Below, in pieces: positions 36,701 to 46,747 of a stretch of 64,000 nt of DNA. Source of the stretch: Ranitomeya imitator. Taxonomy: Eukaryota. Where the stretch lies: assembly GCF_032444005.1 (NCBI RefSeq), contig NC_091286.1, positions 460,598,001 to 460,662,000 on the forward strand. Direction: 5' to 3'. The notes below the pieces were generated by a model. That model did not search any database, was not told the origin of the DNA, and saw only the letters and a program-made list of their open reading frames with translations. Positions within the stretch are counted from its first letter, which is position 1, and each line of letters begins with the position of its first letter. The position numbers and the translations under genes were made by a program.

Positions 36701-37935
36701 GATCCTTCTGGTGGCCATCTCTGTCACGGGATGTACGTACTTTTGTGCAGTCCTGTGGGATTTGTGCTAGGGCTAAGCCCTGCTGTTCTCGTGCCAGTGG
36801 GTTGCTTTTGCCCTTGCCGGTCCCAAAGAGGCCTTGGACACATATTTCGATGGATTTCATTTCTGACCTTCCCGTTTCTCAAAAGATGTCAGTCATTTGG
36901 GTGGTCTGTGATCGCTTTTCTAAAATGGTCCATCTGGTGCCCTTGGCTAAATTGCCTTCCTCCTCTGATTTGGTACCTTTGTTCTTTCAGCATGTGGTTC
37001 GGTTGCATGGCATTCCTGAGAATATTGTTTCTGACAGAGGTTCCCAGTTTGTTTCAAGGTTTTGGCAAGCCTTTTGTGGTAGGATGGGCATTGACCTATC
37101 CTTTTCCTCGGCTTTCCATCCTCAGACTAATGGCCAGACCGAACGAACCAATCAGACCTTGGAAACATATCTGAGATGTTTTGTTTCTGCAGACCAGGAT
37201 GATTGGGTGTCCTTTTTGCCGTTGGCTGAGTTCGCCCTTAATAATCGGGCCAGCTCGGCTACCTTGGTTTCTCCATTTTTTTGCAATTCTGGGTTCCATC
37301 CTCGTTTCTCTTCAGGACAGGTTGAGTCTTCGGACTGTCCTGGTGTGGATTCTGTGGTGGATAGGTTGCAGCAGATCTGGACTCAGGTAGTGGACAATTT
37401 GATCTTGTCCCAGGAGAAAGCTCAACTTTTCGCTAATCGCAGACGCCGTGTGGGTCCCCGACTTCGTGTTGGGGATCTGGTTTGGTTATCTTCTCGTCAT
37501 ATTCCTATGAAAGTTTCCTCTCCTAAATTTAAACCTCGTTTTATTGGTCCGTATAGGATTTCTGAGGTTCTCAATCCTGTGTCTTTTCGTTTGACCCTCC
37601 CAGACTCCTTTTCCATACATAATGTATTCCATAGGTCGTTGTTGCGGAGATACGTGGCACCTATGGTTCCATCTGTTGAGCCTCCTGCCCCGGTTTTGGT
37701 GGAGGGGGAATTGGAGTATATTGTGGAGAAAATTTTGGATTCTCGTGTTTCTAGACGGAAACTCCAGTATCTGGTTAAATGGAAGGGTTATGCTCAGGAA
37801 GATAATTCCTGGGTTTTTGCCTCTGATGTTCATGCTTCCGATCTTGTTCGTGCCTTTCATGCGGCTCATCCTGGTCGGCCTGGGGGCTCTGGTGAGGGTT
37901 CGGTGACCCCTCCTCAAGGGGGGGTACTGTTGTGA
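33748..37935 (+). CDS. Gag-Pol polyprotein (Gag, CCHC, PR, RT, RNase H, IN, chromodomain), 1395 aa; the true start may be the downstream MDMDIQ
   Basis: CFYCGDSTHAISDC, FVDSGA, YLDDIL, VEVDAS, H-H-CxxC, MDFISD/VSDRGSQF/ERTNQ and chromodomain YIVEKILDSR...YLVKWKGY...NSW. The stop codon lies inside the 3' LTR. Confidence 0.97.
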   Translation: MILNRGKEKVLTSFFFFFLLCVHFFFFPLDIWVILDTGVDMDIQGLCSSMDNLVIKVQKIQDTIDQKSMLEPRIPIPDLFFGDRTKFLSFKNNCKLFLALKPHSSGNPIQQVLIIISFLRGDPQDWAFSLAPGDPALSSVDAFFLALGLLYDEPNSVDQAEKNLLALCQGQDDIEVYCQKFRKWSVLTQWNESALAALFRKGLSEALKDVMVGFPMPAGLNESLSLAIQIGRRLRERKSVHHLAVLPEVKPEPMQCDRTMTRVERQEYRRLNGLCFYCGDSTHAISDCPKRTKRSARSAVIGTVQSKFLLSITLICSLSSFSVMAFVDSGAALNLMDLDYAKRCGFFLEPLRCPIPLRGIDATPLAKNKPQYWAQLTMCMAPAHQEVIRFLVLHNLHDVVVLGLPWLQTHNPVLDWNSMSVSSWGCQGVHGDVPFLSISSSTPSEVPEFLSDYQDVFEEPKSDALPPHRDCDCSINLIPGSKFAKGRLFNLSVPEHAAMRSYVKESLEKGHIRPSSSPLGAGFFFVAKKDGSLRPCIDYRLLNKITVKFQYPLPLLSDLFARIKGASWFTKIDLRGAYNLVRIRQGDEWKTALNTPEGHFEYLVMPFGLANAPSVFQSFMHDIFREYLDKFLIVYLDDILIFSDDWESHVKQVRMVFQVLRANSLFVKGSKCLFSVQKVSFLGFIFTPSAIEMDPVKVQAIQDWIQPTSLKSLQKFLGFANFYRRFICNFSSIAKPLTDLTKKGADLVNWSSAAVEAFQELKRRFCSAPVLCQPDVSLPFQVEVDASEIGAGAVLSQRGSDCSVMKPCAFFSRKFSPAERNYDVGNRELLAMKWAFEEWRHWLEGAKHRVVVLTDHKNLTYLESAKRLNPRQARWSLFFARFDFVISYLPGSKNVKTDALSRSFVPDSPGLSEPAGILKEGVIVSAISPDLRRVLQKFQANKPDRCPAEKLFVPDRWTNKLISELHCSVLAGHPGIFGTRELVARSFWWPSLSRDVRTFVQSCGICARAKPCCSRASGLLLPLPVPKRPWTHISMDFISDLPVSQKMSVIWVVCDRFSKMVHLVPLAKLPSSSDLVPLFFQHVVRLHGIPENIVSDRGSQFVSRFWQAFCGRMGIDLSFSSAFHPQTNGQTERTNQTLETYLRCFVSADQDDWVSFLPLAEFALNNRASSATLVSPFFCNSGFHPRFSSGQVESSDCPGVDSVVDRLQQIWTQVVDNLILSQEKAQLFANRRRRVGPRLRVGDLVWLSSRHIPMKVSSPKFKPRFIGPYRISEVLNPVSFRLTLPDSFSIHNVFHRSLLRRYVAPMVPSVEPPAPVLVEGELEYIVEKILDSRVSRRKLQYLVKWKGYAQEDNSWVFASDVHASDLVRAFHAAHPGRPGGSGEGSVTPPQGGVLL

Positions 37936-38707
37936 ATTCTGTGGCTGAATTCACTCCTGTGGTCACAAGTGGCACTGCAGCTTCTGAGCTTCCTCCCTCA
38001 GGTGTTCTGGTGAGCTCGTTAACTGCTTCATTACTTAACTCCGCCTGATGCTGCTATCCTTGCTCCTTGTCAATGTTTCAGTGTTGGATCTGAGCTTCTC
38101 CTGATTGTTCCTGTGACCTGCTGCTCTGTATAGCTAAGTGCTTTTTGCTTTTTTGTTGCTTTTTTTCTGTCCAGCTTGTCTTTTGTTTTGCTGGAAGCTC
38201 TGAGACGCAAAGGGTGTACCGCCGTGCCGTTAGTTCGGCACGGTGGTTTTTTTTTGCCCCCTTTGCGTGGTTTTGCTTTAGGGTTTTTTGTAGACTGCAA
38301 AGTTCGCTTTACTGTCCTCGCTCTGTCCTAGAATATCGGGCCCCACTTTGCTGAATCTATTTCATCCCTACGTTTTGTCTTTTCATCTTACTCACAGTCA
38401 TTATATGTGGGGGGCTGCCTTTTCCTTTGGGGAATTTCTCTGGGGCAAGTCAGGCCTATTTTTCTATCTTCAGGCTAGCTAGTTTCTTAGGCTGTGCCGA
38501 GTTGCCTAGGTAGTTGTTAGGCGCAATCCACAGCCGCTTTTAGTTGTGTTTAGGATAGGATCAGGTGTGCAGTCTACAGAGTTTCCACGTCTCAGAGCTC
38601 GTTCTTGTATTTTTGGGTATTTGTCAGATCACTGTGTGCGCTCTGATCGCTAAGCACACTGTGTTTCTGGATTGCCTTCATAACACCTGTCATTAGCAAA
38701 CATAACA
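37928..38707 (+). repeat. 3' LTR (780 bp)
   Basis: Matches the 5' LTR and carries an extra caggctagctagtttctt. Confidence 0.95.
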
Positions 38708-39875
38708 GTAACCCCCCACAAGTGACCCCATTTTGGAAACTAGACCCCCAAAGGAACTTATCTAGATGTGTGGTGAGAACTTTGAATGCCCAAGTGCTTC
38801 ACAGAAGTTTAGAATGCAGAGTCGTGAAAATAAAAAATATTTTTTTTTTCACAAAAAAGATATTGTAGCCCCCAAGTTTTTATTTTCACAAGGGTAACAG
38901 GAGAAATTGGACCACTAAAGTTGTTGTCCAATTTATCCTGAGTATGCTGATGCCCCATATGTGGGGGTAAACCACTGTTTGGGCGCACGGCAGAGCTCGG
39001 AAGGGAAGGAGCGCCTTTTTGGAATGCAGACTTTGATAGAATGGTCTGTGGGCATTATGTTGCGATTGCAGAGCCCCTGATGTACCTAAACTGTAGTAAC
39101 CCCCCACAAGTGACCCCATTTTGGAAACTAGACCCCCCAAGGAACTTATCTAGATGTGTGGTGAGAACTTTGAATGCCCAAGTGCATTACAGAAGTTTAG
39201 AATGCAGAGTCGTGAAAATAAAAAATATTTTTTTTTCACAAAAAAGATATTGTAGCCCCCAAGTTTTTATTTTCACAAGGGTAACAGGAGAAATTGGACC
39301 ACTAAAGTTGTTGTCCAATTTATCCTGAGTATGCTGATGCACCATATGTGGGGGTAAACCACTGTTTGGGCACACGGCAGAGCTCGGAAGGGAAGGAGCG
39401 CCTTTTTGGAATGCAGACTTTGATAGAATGGTCTGTGGGCATTATGTTGCGATTGCAGAGCCCCTGATGTACCTAAACTGTAGTAACCCCCCACAAGTGA
39501 CCCCATTTTGGAAACTAGACCCCCCAAGGAACTTATCTAGATGTGTGGTGAGAACTTTGAATGCCCAAGTGCTTCACAGAAGTTTATAATGCTGAGTCAT
39601 AAAAAAATATATATATATATTTTTCCACAAAAAGGATTTTGTAGCCCCCAAGCTTTTATTTTCACAAGGGTAACAAGAGAAATTGGACCCCAGAAGTTGT
39701 TGTCCAATTTATCCCGAGTATGCTGATGCCAAATATGTGGGGGTAACCCACTGTTTGGGCGCACGGCAGAGCTCCGAAGGGAGGGAGCACCATTTGACTT
39801 TTTGAGCGCAAAATTGGCTGTCGTGTTTGGAGACCCCCTGATGTACCTAAACAGTGGAAACCCCCCAATTCTAGC

Positions 39876-41141
39876 TCCAACCCTAACCCGACCACACCCC
39901 TAACCCTAATCCCAACCCGATCCATAATCCTAATCACTAACCCTAACGATAATCCCAACCCTTACCCCAAAACAACCCTAATGTCAACCCTAACCATAAC
40001 CCTAATCAAAACCCTAAATCCAACACACCCCTAATCCTAATCTCAACACTAACCTCAAACCTAACCCTAATCCCAATACACCCCTAATCACAACCCTAAC
40101 CTTAACCCTAATCCCAAACCTAACCCTAATCCCAAGCGTAACCCTAATGCCAACCCTAACCCTAATACCAACCCTAATCCAAACCCTAACCCTAAACCCA
40201 ACTCTAACCCTAACTTTAGCCCCAACCCTAACCCTAGCCCTAAGGCTACTTTCACACTTGCGTCGTTTGGCATCCGTTGCAATCCGTCATTTTGGACAAG
40301 AAACGGATCCTGCAAATGTGCCCGCAGGATGCGTTTTTTGCCCATAGACTTGTATTGCCGACGGATCGTGACGGATGGCCACACGTCGCGTCCGTAGTGC
40401 ACTGGATCAGTGTTTTGGCGGACTGTCAGCACAAAAAAACGTTCAATGTAACGTTTTTTTGTACGTCGCATCCGCCATTTCTGACCGCACATGCGTGGCC
40501 GTAACTCCGCCCCCTCCTCCCCAGGACATAGATTGGGCAGCGGATGCGTTGAAAAACTTCATCCGCTGCCCACGTTGTGCACAATTTTCACAACGTGCGT
40601 CGGTATGTCGGGCCGATGCATTGCGACGGCCCCGTACCAACGTAAGTGTGAAAGAAGCCTAACCCTAAATTTAGCGCCAACCCTAACTCTAAATTTAGCC
40701 CCGACCCTAACCCTAAATTTAGCCCTAACCCTAACCCTAGCCCTTACCCTACCCCTATCCCTAACCCTAACCCTAGCCCTAACCCTACCCCTAACCCTAA
40801 CCCTAGCCCTAACCCTAGCTCTAACCCTAGCCCTAANNNNNNNNNNNNNNNNNNNNNNNNNNNNNNNNNNNNNNNNNNNNNNNNNNNNNNNNNNNNNNNN
40901 NNNNNNNNNNNNNNNNNNNNNNNNNNNNNNNNNNNNNNNNNNNNNNNNNNNNNNNNNNNNNNNNNNNNCCCTAACCCTAGCCCTAACCCTACCCCTAACC
41001 CTACCCCTAGCCCTAACCCTAGCCCTAACCCTACCCCTAACCCTACCCCTAGCCCTAACCCTACCCCTAACCCTTACCCTACCCCTAACCCTACCCTTAA
41101 CCCTTCCCCTAACCCTAACCCTACCCCTAACCCTAACCCTA
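39876..41141 (+). repeat. Interstitial telomere-like (CCCTAA)n with CCCTAG/CCCTAC variants; N gap at 40837-40968
   Basis: Degenerate on the left and more regular near the gap. Confidence 0.93.
40244..40659. mobile_element. PIF/Harbinger-type MITE inserted into a telomere-like unit
   Basis: TAA|GGCTACTTTCACACT... ...AGTGTGAAAGAAGCC|TAA, a 14/15 TIR match with a 3-bp TAA TSD. Confidence 0.9.
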
Positions 41142-41189
41142 ATTTTAGCCCCAACTGCTCTTCTCCTGCCGGCCGGCAGATGGAGACAG

Positions 41190-41820
41190 ATGGCGGGCGC
41201 ACTGCACATGCGCCCGCCATTTTCTTTTTCCCAGAAGATGCCGGCGGCCAGGAGGAGCAGCAGGAGGATCCAGGGACACAGGTGAGTATGATAGGGTCCC
41301 CGAATCCCCCTATTTCTCTGTCCTCTGATGTGCGACCACATCAGAGGACAGAGAATTACACTTTGCTTTTTTTTTTTTTTTGCGGTCGCCGGTAAAAAGT
41401 TAATCACCGGCGATCGCAAAACAGGGGTCGGTAAAACCGACCCCGATCATGCTCTTTGGGGTCTCGGCTACCCCCGGTAGCTGAGACCCCAAAGATTCTC
41501 ACGGGGCCGGCCGGCGGGCGCACTGCGCATGCGCCCGCCATTTTCAAGATGGCGGCGCCCACCGGGAGCCACGAGGAGCATCGGGGGAGATAGGTAAGTA
41601 TTGGGGGGCTACCTGGGACCCCTTTTCTCTATCCTCCGATGTGCGATCACATCGGAGGATAGAGAAATTAAAAAGAGATCGCGTTTTTTTTTTGCGATCG
41701 CCGGTAAACGGTTAATTACCGGCGATCGCAAATGCGGGGTGGGTTAAAACCCCCCCGAATCATGTTCTCTGGGGTCTCGGCTACCCCCGGCAGCCGAGAC
41801 CCCGGAGAAAATCCGAATCT
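41190..41820 (+). repeat. Two diverged ~320-bp direct repeats, each with four consecutive hairpins
   Basis: Both copies begin gcgggcgcactgc(a/g)catgcgcccgccatttt. Hairpins start at 41314, 41379, 41424 and 41454, and at 41624, 41691, 41735 and 41765. Confidence 0.85.
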
Positions 41821-42344
41821 GGGGGGCGCTATTTACTTTTTCCACAGCGCCGTTAATTAACGGCGCTGTGGTTTAAGTACCCTTAGCGGCCGCCGTTAAA
41901 AGGCGTATCGGCGGTCGCTAAGGGGTTAAAGTTTACAGGATATTTACACCCCTTAAAAGGAATCTGTCAGCAGGTTTTTAATCTGAGAGCAGCACTGACA
42001 AGGAGCAGTAGTACCCTGAAACACAGTGTCTGAAAATTGAAATTTTGGTTTTGGCTTTTATCCTAAGTCATGTGGCAAGGCTTGTTTGAGGGTTGATATT
42101 GACTTTTAAGATTGCTACTTCCAATAGCTGACACTAGAGTTCTTCCTGTCCAAAGAGACAATTTCCTTGTGGAGAGTGACATGCCTGGCATGCCAGTGTA
42201 AGGAGGATTATAAACTATGCAATGCTCCTCTAGGAAATAAAAAAAAATGCAAATGATCTCTTCAGAAAGGAGGACTTGAACTTCAGTGCCATCTATTGGA
42301 AGCAGCCATCCTAAAAGTCAATATTGACCCTTTAATGAGCCTTG

Positions 42345-44278
42345 TGTCACGGATGTGGTTTGTGTAACCACTGTGCCACGGACCATGAAGAGCCTGGAGG
42401 GGCATGACTAAGCGAACACCTGACTGTTCACTAGAGCCTCTGATCATGAGGTTTGACTTGGCTCCCGATGAACACCAGGTGCCACTCCAGGACAGACCAA
42501 CAGACGTGCAGCAGCTGGACCCAGAGAATAGACTGGAGGGAGCTGCTGGCAGGGTTTGTATTAGAATGCAGCAAACAGTTTGCATCCGTGTAGAAGACAG
42601 AGTTCATACCTGAGTGCAGCGAACAGAGTTCGTTCCTGAGTGCAGCTGAGTGGGTTTGTATCAGAGTGCAGCAGGCAGTGTTTGTATCAGAATATAGCAG
42701 GCAGGATCTGCATCAGAGTGCAGCAGGCAGGATCTGTATTAGAGTGCAGCAGGCAGGGTGTTAGGGTTGGCGGAACGCACCGAATATATTTATTAAGTAA
42801 GATTGGTGCGTTCGCCACCCGGGATCCACCGTGCAGGAAAGAACCTGCTGCTAAGTGAATGGCGGCACTATATGGCAGTACAATGTGATTACACACACGG
42901 GTTAACTTCACTCTGTGTGAAGGAAGTGATCCCTGTTAAGTCACAGGGTCGCGGTACCGCACAGAGAGTGCAAGCAAGGAACCACAGAACTCTATCCCAG
43001 GACACAGGATTAGAGTTAGTGTAGACCTCTTGCGATCGACACCACAATTAGGGTATCAGAGGTAACTATTATGCACAGAAGTGCATGCTGTGCCACACTA
43101 GCGCACACCACTAACCACCCAGACTTGGGTAAGGTAAGCGCTCTAATAGTGCACGGCGCTGCACTGGCGGTCACAGCAGTTAGACGCTGCTTCGTGTGTT
43201 AAAGCTGTGAGTTCAGCCGGGCGCTAGATTTCAGCCATACACCTTACGCGAACAGTCATACACAAGGGATGGGTTTTTTAAGGAACGACTTGACTCATCA
43301 ACACACACACGATAACAATTGTATACTAGCGCATGGCCGTGCGGTCATGCGAAGCTTATATAGCTGCAGCACGTTCAGGACCCTTCAAAGAAGGACCAAT
43401 GGATTTGCAGCAGTACCTGAGCATGTGACCCTAGATCTCCATTGAGAGATCTTGCCCTGGGCATGCTCAGTGTGTGCAAAGCAGGACTTAGTCCTAGCAC
43501 CTACAGAACCTTCCTGAGCATGTGACCCTAGATCTCCACTGAGAGATCTTGCCCTGGGCATGCTCAGTGTGTGCAAAGCAGGACTTTGTCCCAGAAAAGC
43601 CTGCTCGCTGCAGATCAGTGCAGGGTACAATAGCAGAGCCTGGAGAGGCAGAAGTAACCCTTTGCACAGTACCAGTCTCAGCGAGACGCTGGGAGCGACG
43701 TCTCCGCTGAGCAGGCTCCACTGCGGCCGATGCAGAATGGGAGACCGCAGCAGACACGGATCGAGATTCCCCCTGTGCAGCAGAGGAAACTCGACTCCTA
43801 ACACAGGGTCTGCATTAGAGTGCAGTAGGCAGGATCTGCAGTAGAGTGCAGTAGGCAGTGTTTGTATCATAGTGCAGCAGGCAGGATCTGCATCAGAGTG
43901 CAGCAGGCAGGATCTGCAGTTGAGTGCAGCAGGAGCAGGCAAGGTCTACATTAGAGTGCAGTGGGACTGGTATGCAACACAAATGCAACACAAATTAGGC
44001 TGCAAAACAGGAAGGTTGCTCAGGCACCTCCCCAGTCGGGAAGAAGCAATAAATGCATAATGTCCCACAGCTATTGGCTGAGGAGGAAATAGCAAGTGCA
44101 CGCACTGGCCCTTTAATAGGGCGGAAGTGCACGCGTGTGTGCCCTAAGAACATGGCTAGAGGACCAGCTGGAAGCATGCAGAGCATGGGGAAGGGAAGAA
44201 CTGATTGCAGCACGGGTGAGTGAAGAGACATGCAGGGGACCCTGCCAGCCAGAGCAGGACTCCGGCGTGGTGCTAACA
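42345..44278. mobile_element. Solo LTR (~880 bp net) containing ~25-bp agagtgcagcaggcagg repeats
   Basis: TGTCAC...CTAACA flanked by a 5-bp TSD CCTTG. Confidence 0.8.
42759..43803. mobile_element. Nested solo LTR (1045 bp)
   Basis: TGTTAGG...CCTAACA flanked by a 5-bp TSD CAGGG. It has an internal tandem duplication near 43416-43590. Confidence 0.88.
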
Positions 44279-45940
44279 CCTTGCCATATAACTTAAGATA
44301 GGCTTTTATCCTAGGTCATATGGCAAGGCTTGTTATAGGGTCGATATTGGCTTTTAGAATGGCTGCATCCAATAGGTGGTACTAGAGGTCAAGTTCTCTT
44401 CGTCTCTGAAGAGACAATATGTATAGTCAACCTATACTTCATACAGATAGGGCTTAGTAGAGCCATGTTTTTGGGACTGTTGTTCCACCAGTTGGACCCC
44501 AAGTTATCAACAAGTTATCACCGTATCACAGAATCAAAGAAAGGAAGTTATTGCCTTGAGAAAACCCTCTTTAACCCCTACCCGACCTATTACATATACA
44601 GTTATATGAAAAAGTTTGGGCACCCCTATTAATCTTAAGCTTAATGTTTTATAAAAATTGTTTTATTTTGCAACAGCTATTTCAGTTTCATATATCTAAT
44701 AACTGTTGGACACAGTAATGTTTCTGCCTTGAAATGAAGTTTATTGTACTCACAGAAAATGTGCAATCTGCATTCAAACAAAATTTGACAGGTGCATAAG
44801 TATGGGCACCCCACCAGAAAAGTGACATTAATATTTAGTAGATCCTCCTTTTGCAAAAATAACAGCCTCTAGTCACTTCCTGTAGCTTTTAATGAGTTCC
44901 TGGATCCTGGATGAAGGTATTTTTGACCATTCCTCTTTACAAAACAATTCCAGTTCAGTAAAGTTTGATGGTTGCCGAGCATGGACAGCCCTCTTCAAAT
45001 GATCCCACAGATGTTCAATGCTATTCAGGTCTGGGGACTGGGATGGCCATTCCAGAACAGTGTAATTGTTCCTCTGCATGAATGCCTGAGTAGATTTGGA
45101 GCGGTGTTTTGGGTCACTGTCTTGCTAAAAGATCCATCCCCTGCATAACTTCAACTTTGTCACTGATTCATGAATATTATTGTCAAGAATCTGCTGATAC
45201 TGAGAGGAATCCATGTGTCCCTCAACTTTAACAAGATTCCCGGTGCCGGCATTGGCCACACAGCTCCAAAGCATGATGGAACCTCCACCAAATTTTACTG
45301 TGGGTAGCAAGTGTTTTTCTTGGAATGCTGTGTTTTTTGGCCACCATGTGTTACGTGTTACGGAACCCCACAGCACCAAGAATATGTTGAGTTATATGTA
45401 TGTATAATAGGTTCCATGTGAGATGCATCAGCCCACAGGTTGCGCCCCTGGGCAGAGGGAACAAAATATCCCCCTTCTGTCCACCCCCCACCTTTGTAAT
45501 TCCCACAGTAAATATCGGCAGGCTCCGGCCCCCTGCAGCTATTGTAATGTATGTCTGGCCTGCTGCTTTTCTATTGGTCTGCCCTCTGTATCTGTTTGAT
45601 ATATTCTGTGTTCTGTGAATAAAGTGTTGTCAGACTGGAAATACGTGGAGAAGCAGTGAGATTTTATATGCGCCCATGTAACCAATTTTGCCTCACCAGG
45701 AATGTATTTTTATTTGACCACAAGTACATACACCAGCTCAGGGGCACTGCGATGGGCAGCCCTTGTGCGCCCTCATATGCAAATCTGCTCCTGGGCTGGT
45801 GGGAGGAAACAATGGTTTTTGGAGATGGGGCCTCTGCTCTAGATGAGAAGATTGTACTTTGGCTAAGGTACATTGACGATGTGCTGGTCATCTGGAGAGG
45901 GAGCACCTGTGAATTTGGCAACTTTGTAGAGGGGCTAAAT

Positions 45941-46102
45941 CAGAGGTCCCCAACTCCAGTCCTCAAGGCCCACCAACAGGTCATGTTTTCAGGATTTCCT
46001 TTGCATTGCACAGGTGATGCAATTATTACCTGGGCAAGACTAAGGAAATCCTGAAAACATGACATGTTGGTGGGCCTTGAGGACTGGAGTTGGGGACCTC
46101 TG
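45941..46102. mobile_element. hAT (Charlie-like) MITE, 162 bp
   Basis: TIRs CAGAGGTCCCCAACTCCAGTCCTCAAGGCCCACCAACA and its reverse complement. The 8-bp TSD is GGCTAAAT. The site is empty in the duplicate at ~59150. Confidence 0.96.
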
Positions 46103-46747
46103 GGCTAAATGTCAATAACATAGGCCTACATTTTACATATGAGACCAACGCAGCAAAGTTAGCGTTCCTGGATATCCATATAGAAAAAGATAGTAATGGG
46201 GCTATTTCCACCAAAACCCATAGAAAAGACAGCCACTAACTCCCTTCTTCGATGGGAAAGTAACCACCCGGTCCCACTGAAGAGAGGGATCCCTAAGGGC
46301 CAATATTTAAGAATTCGAAGGAACTGCTCAAGTCAGAGTTCTTTCCAAGAACAGGTCAACGACCTTCGGGGCAGATTTCTGGATAGGGGCTACCCTGAGG
46401 GAGTGTTGAAAAGGGCCTATAAAGATACTGTAAAGAGAGAAAGGAAGGACTTATTGACACCTAAGCCACAGCCAGAGAGTGACATGACCATTCGATTTAT
46501 CACCAGGTATTGTAACGGGGTGAACAACATCAGAGATATCTTCCAAAAGCATTGGCCGGTCCTGTTTATGGATAGGGACATTAAAGGGCATGTCTCCCCG
46601 CACCCTCAAATTACATACAGGAAAGGGAGATCTCTGGGGGACAGGTTGGTCCACAACCATTACGATCCAAAAGGCAATTCAATTCCACATATAGATCATA
46701 CCAAAGGCTGTTTTAAATGTGGGAGTTGCAAGGCCTATGCCTCCATA

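Larger units (their letters stand above)
32968..38707 (+). mobile_element. Intact full-length Gypsy chromovirus (Tf1/sushi group)
   Basis: Two TGT...ACA LTRs, a single gag-pol ORF, a PPT (aaggggggg) before the 3' LTR, and a target duplication GTAACC. Confidence 0.98.
31400..39860. repeat. ~387-bp tandem array (~6-7 units) split by a Gypsy insertion
   Basis: The ggaaactagacccc anchor occurs at 31821, 32216, 32602, 38735, 39123 and 39510. Spacing is 386-395 bp once the insertion is subtracted. Confidence 0.93.
30930..41925. mobile_element. Non-autonomous piggyBac-like element (composite, spans an N gap)
   Basis: TTAA|CCCCTTAGTGAC... ...GTCGCTAAGGGG|TTAA, an 11/12 TIR match with TTAA TSD. No transposase. 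Confidence 0.75.
42050..44577. mobile_element. Remnant built from alternating forward/inverted ~90-bp units (T2/Kolobok-like MITE?), interrupted by LTRs
   Basis: The unit gcaaggcttgtt..gggt.gatatt.gctttta...ccaatag occurs at 42070, inverted at 42275-42344, and forward again at 44323. It ends aaccctctTTAA. Confidence 0.45.

Noticed and set aside
34300-37917. Antisense ORFs over gag-pol (e.g. 34300-34938, 37486-37917), and similar ones over Tc1, CR1 and L2 ORFs
   Set aside because: These are shadow ORFs of coding strands with no independent motifs.
39876-41141. A true chromosome end or fusion site
   Set aside because: The repeats are degenerate, all in one orientation with no head-to-head junction, and enclosed by the TIRs of one putative element.
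40088-41419. Long ORFs rich in RV, LG or LT dipeptides
   Set aside because: These are translations of telomere-like hexamer repeats and an N gap.
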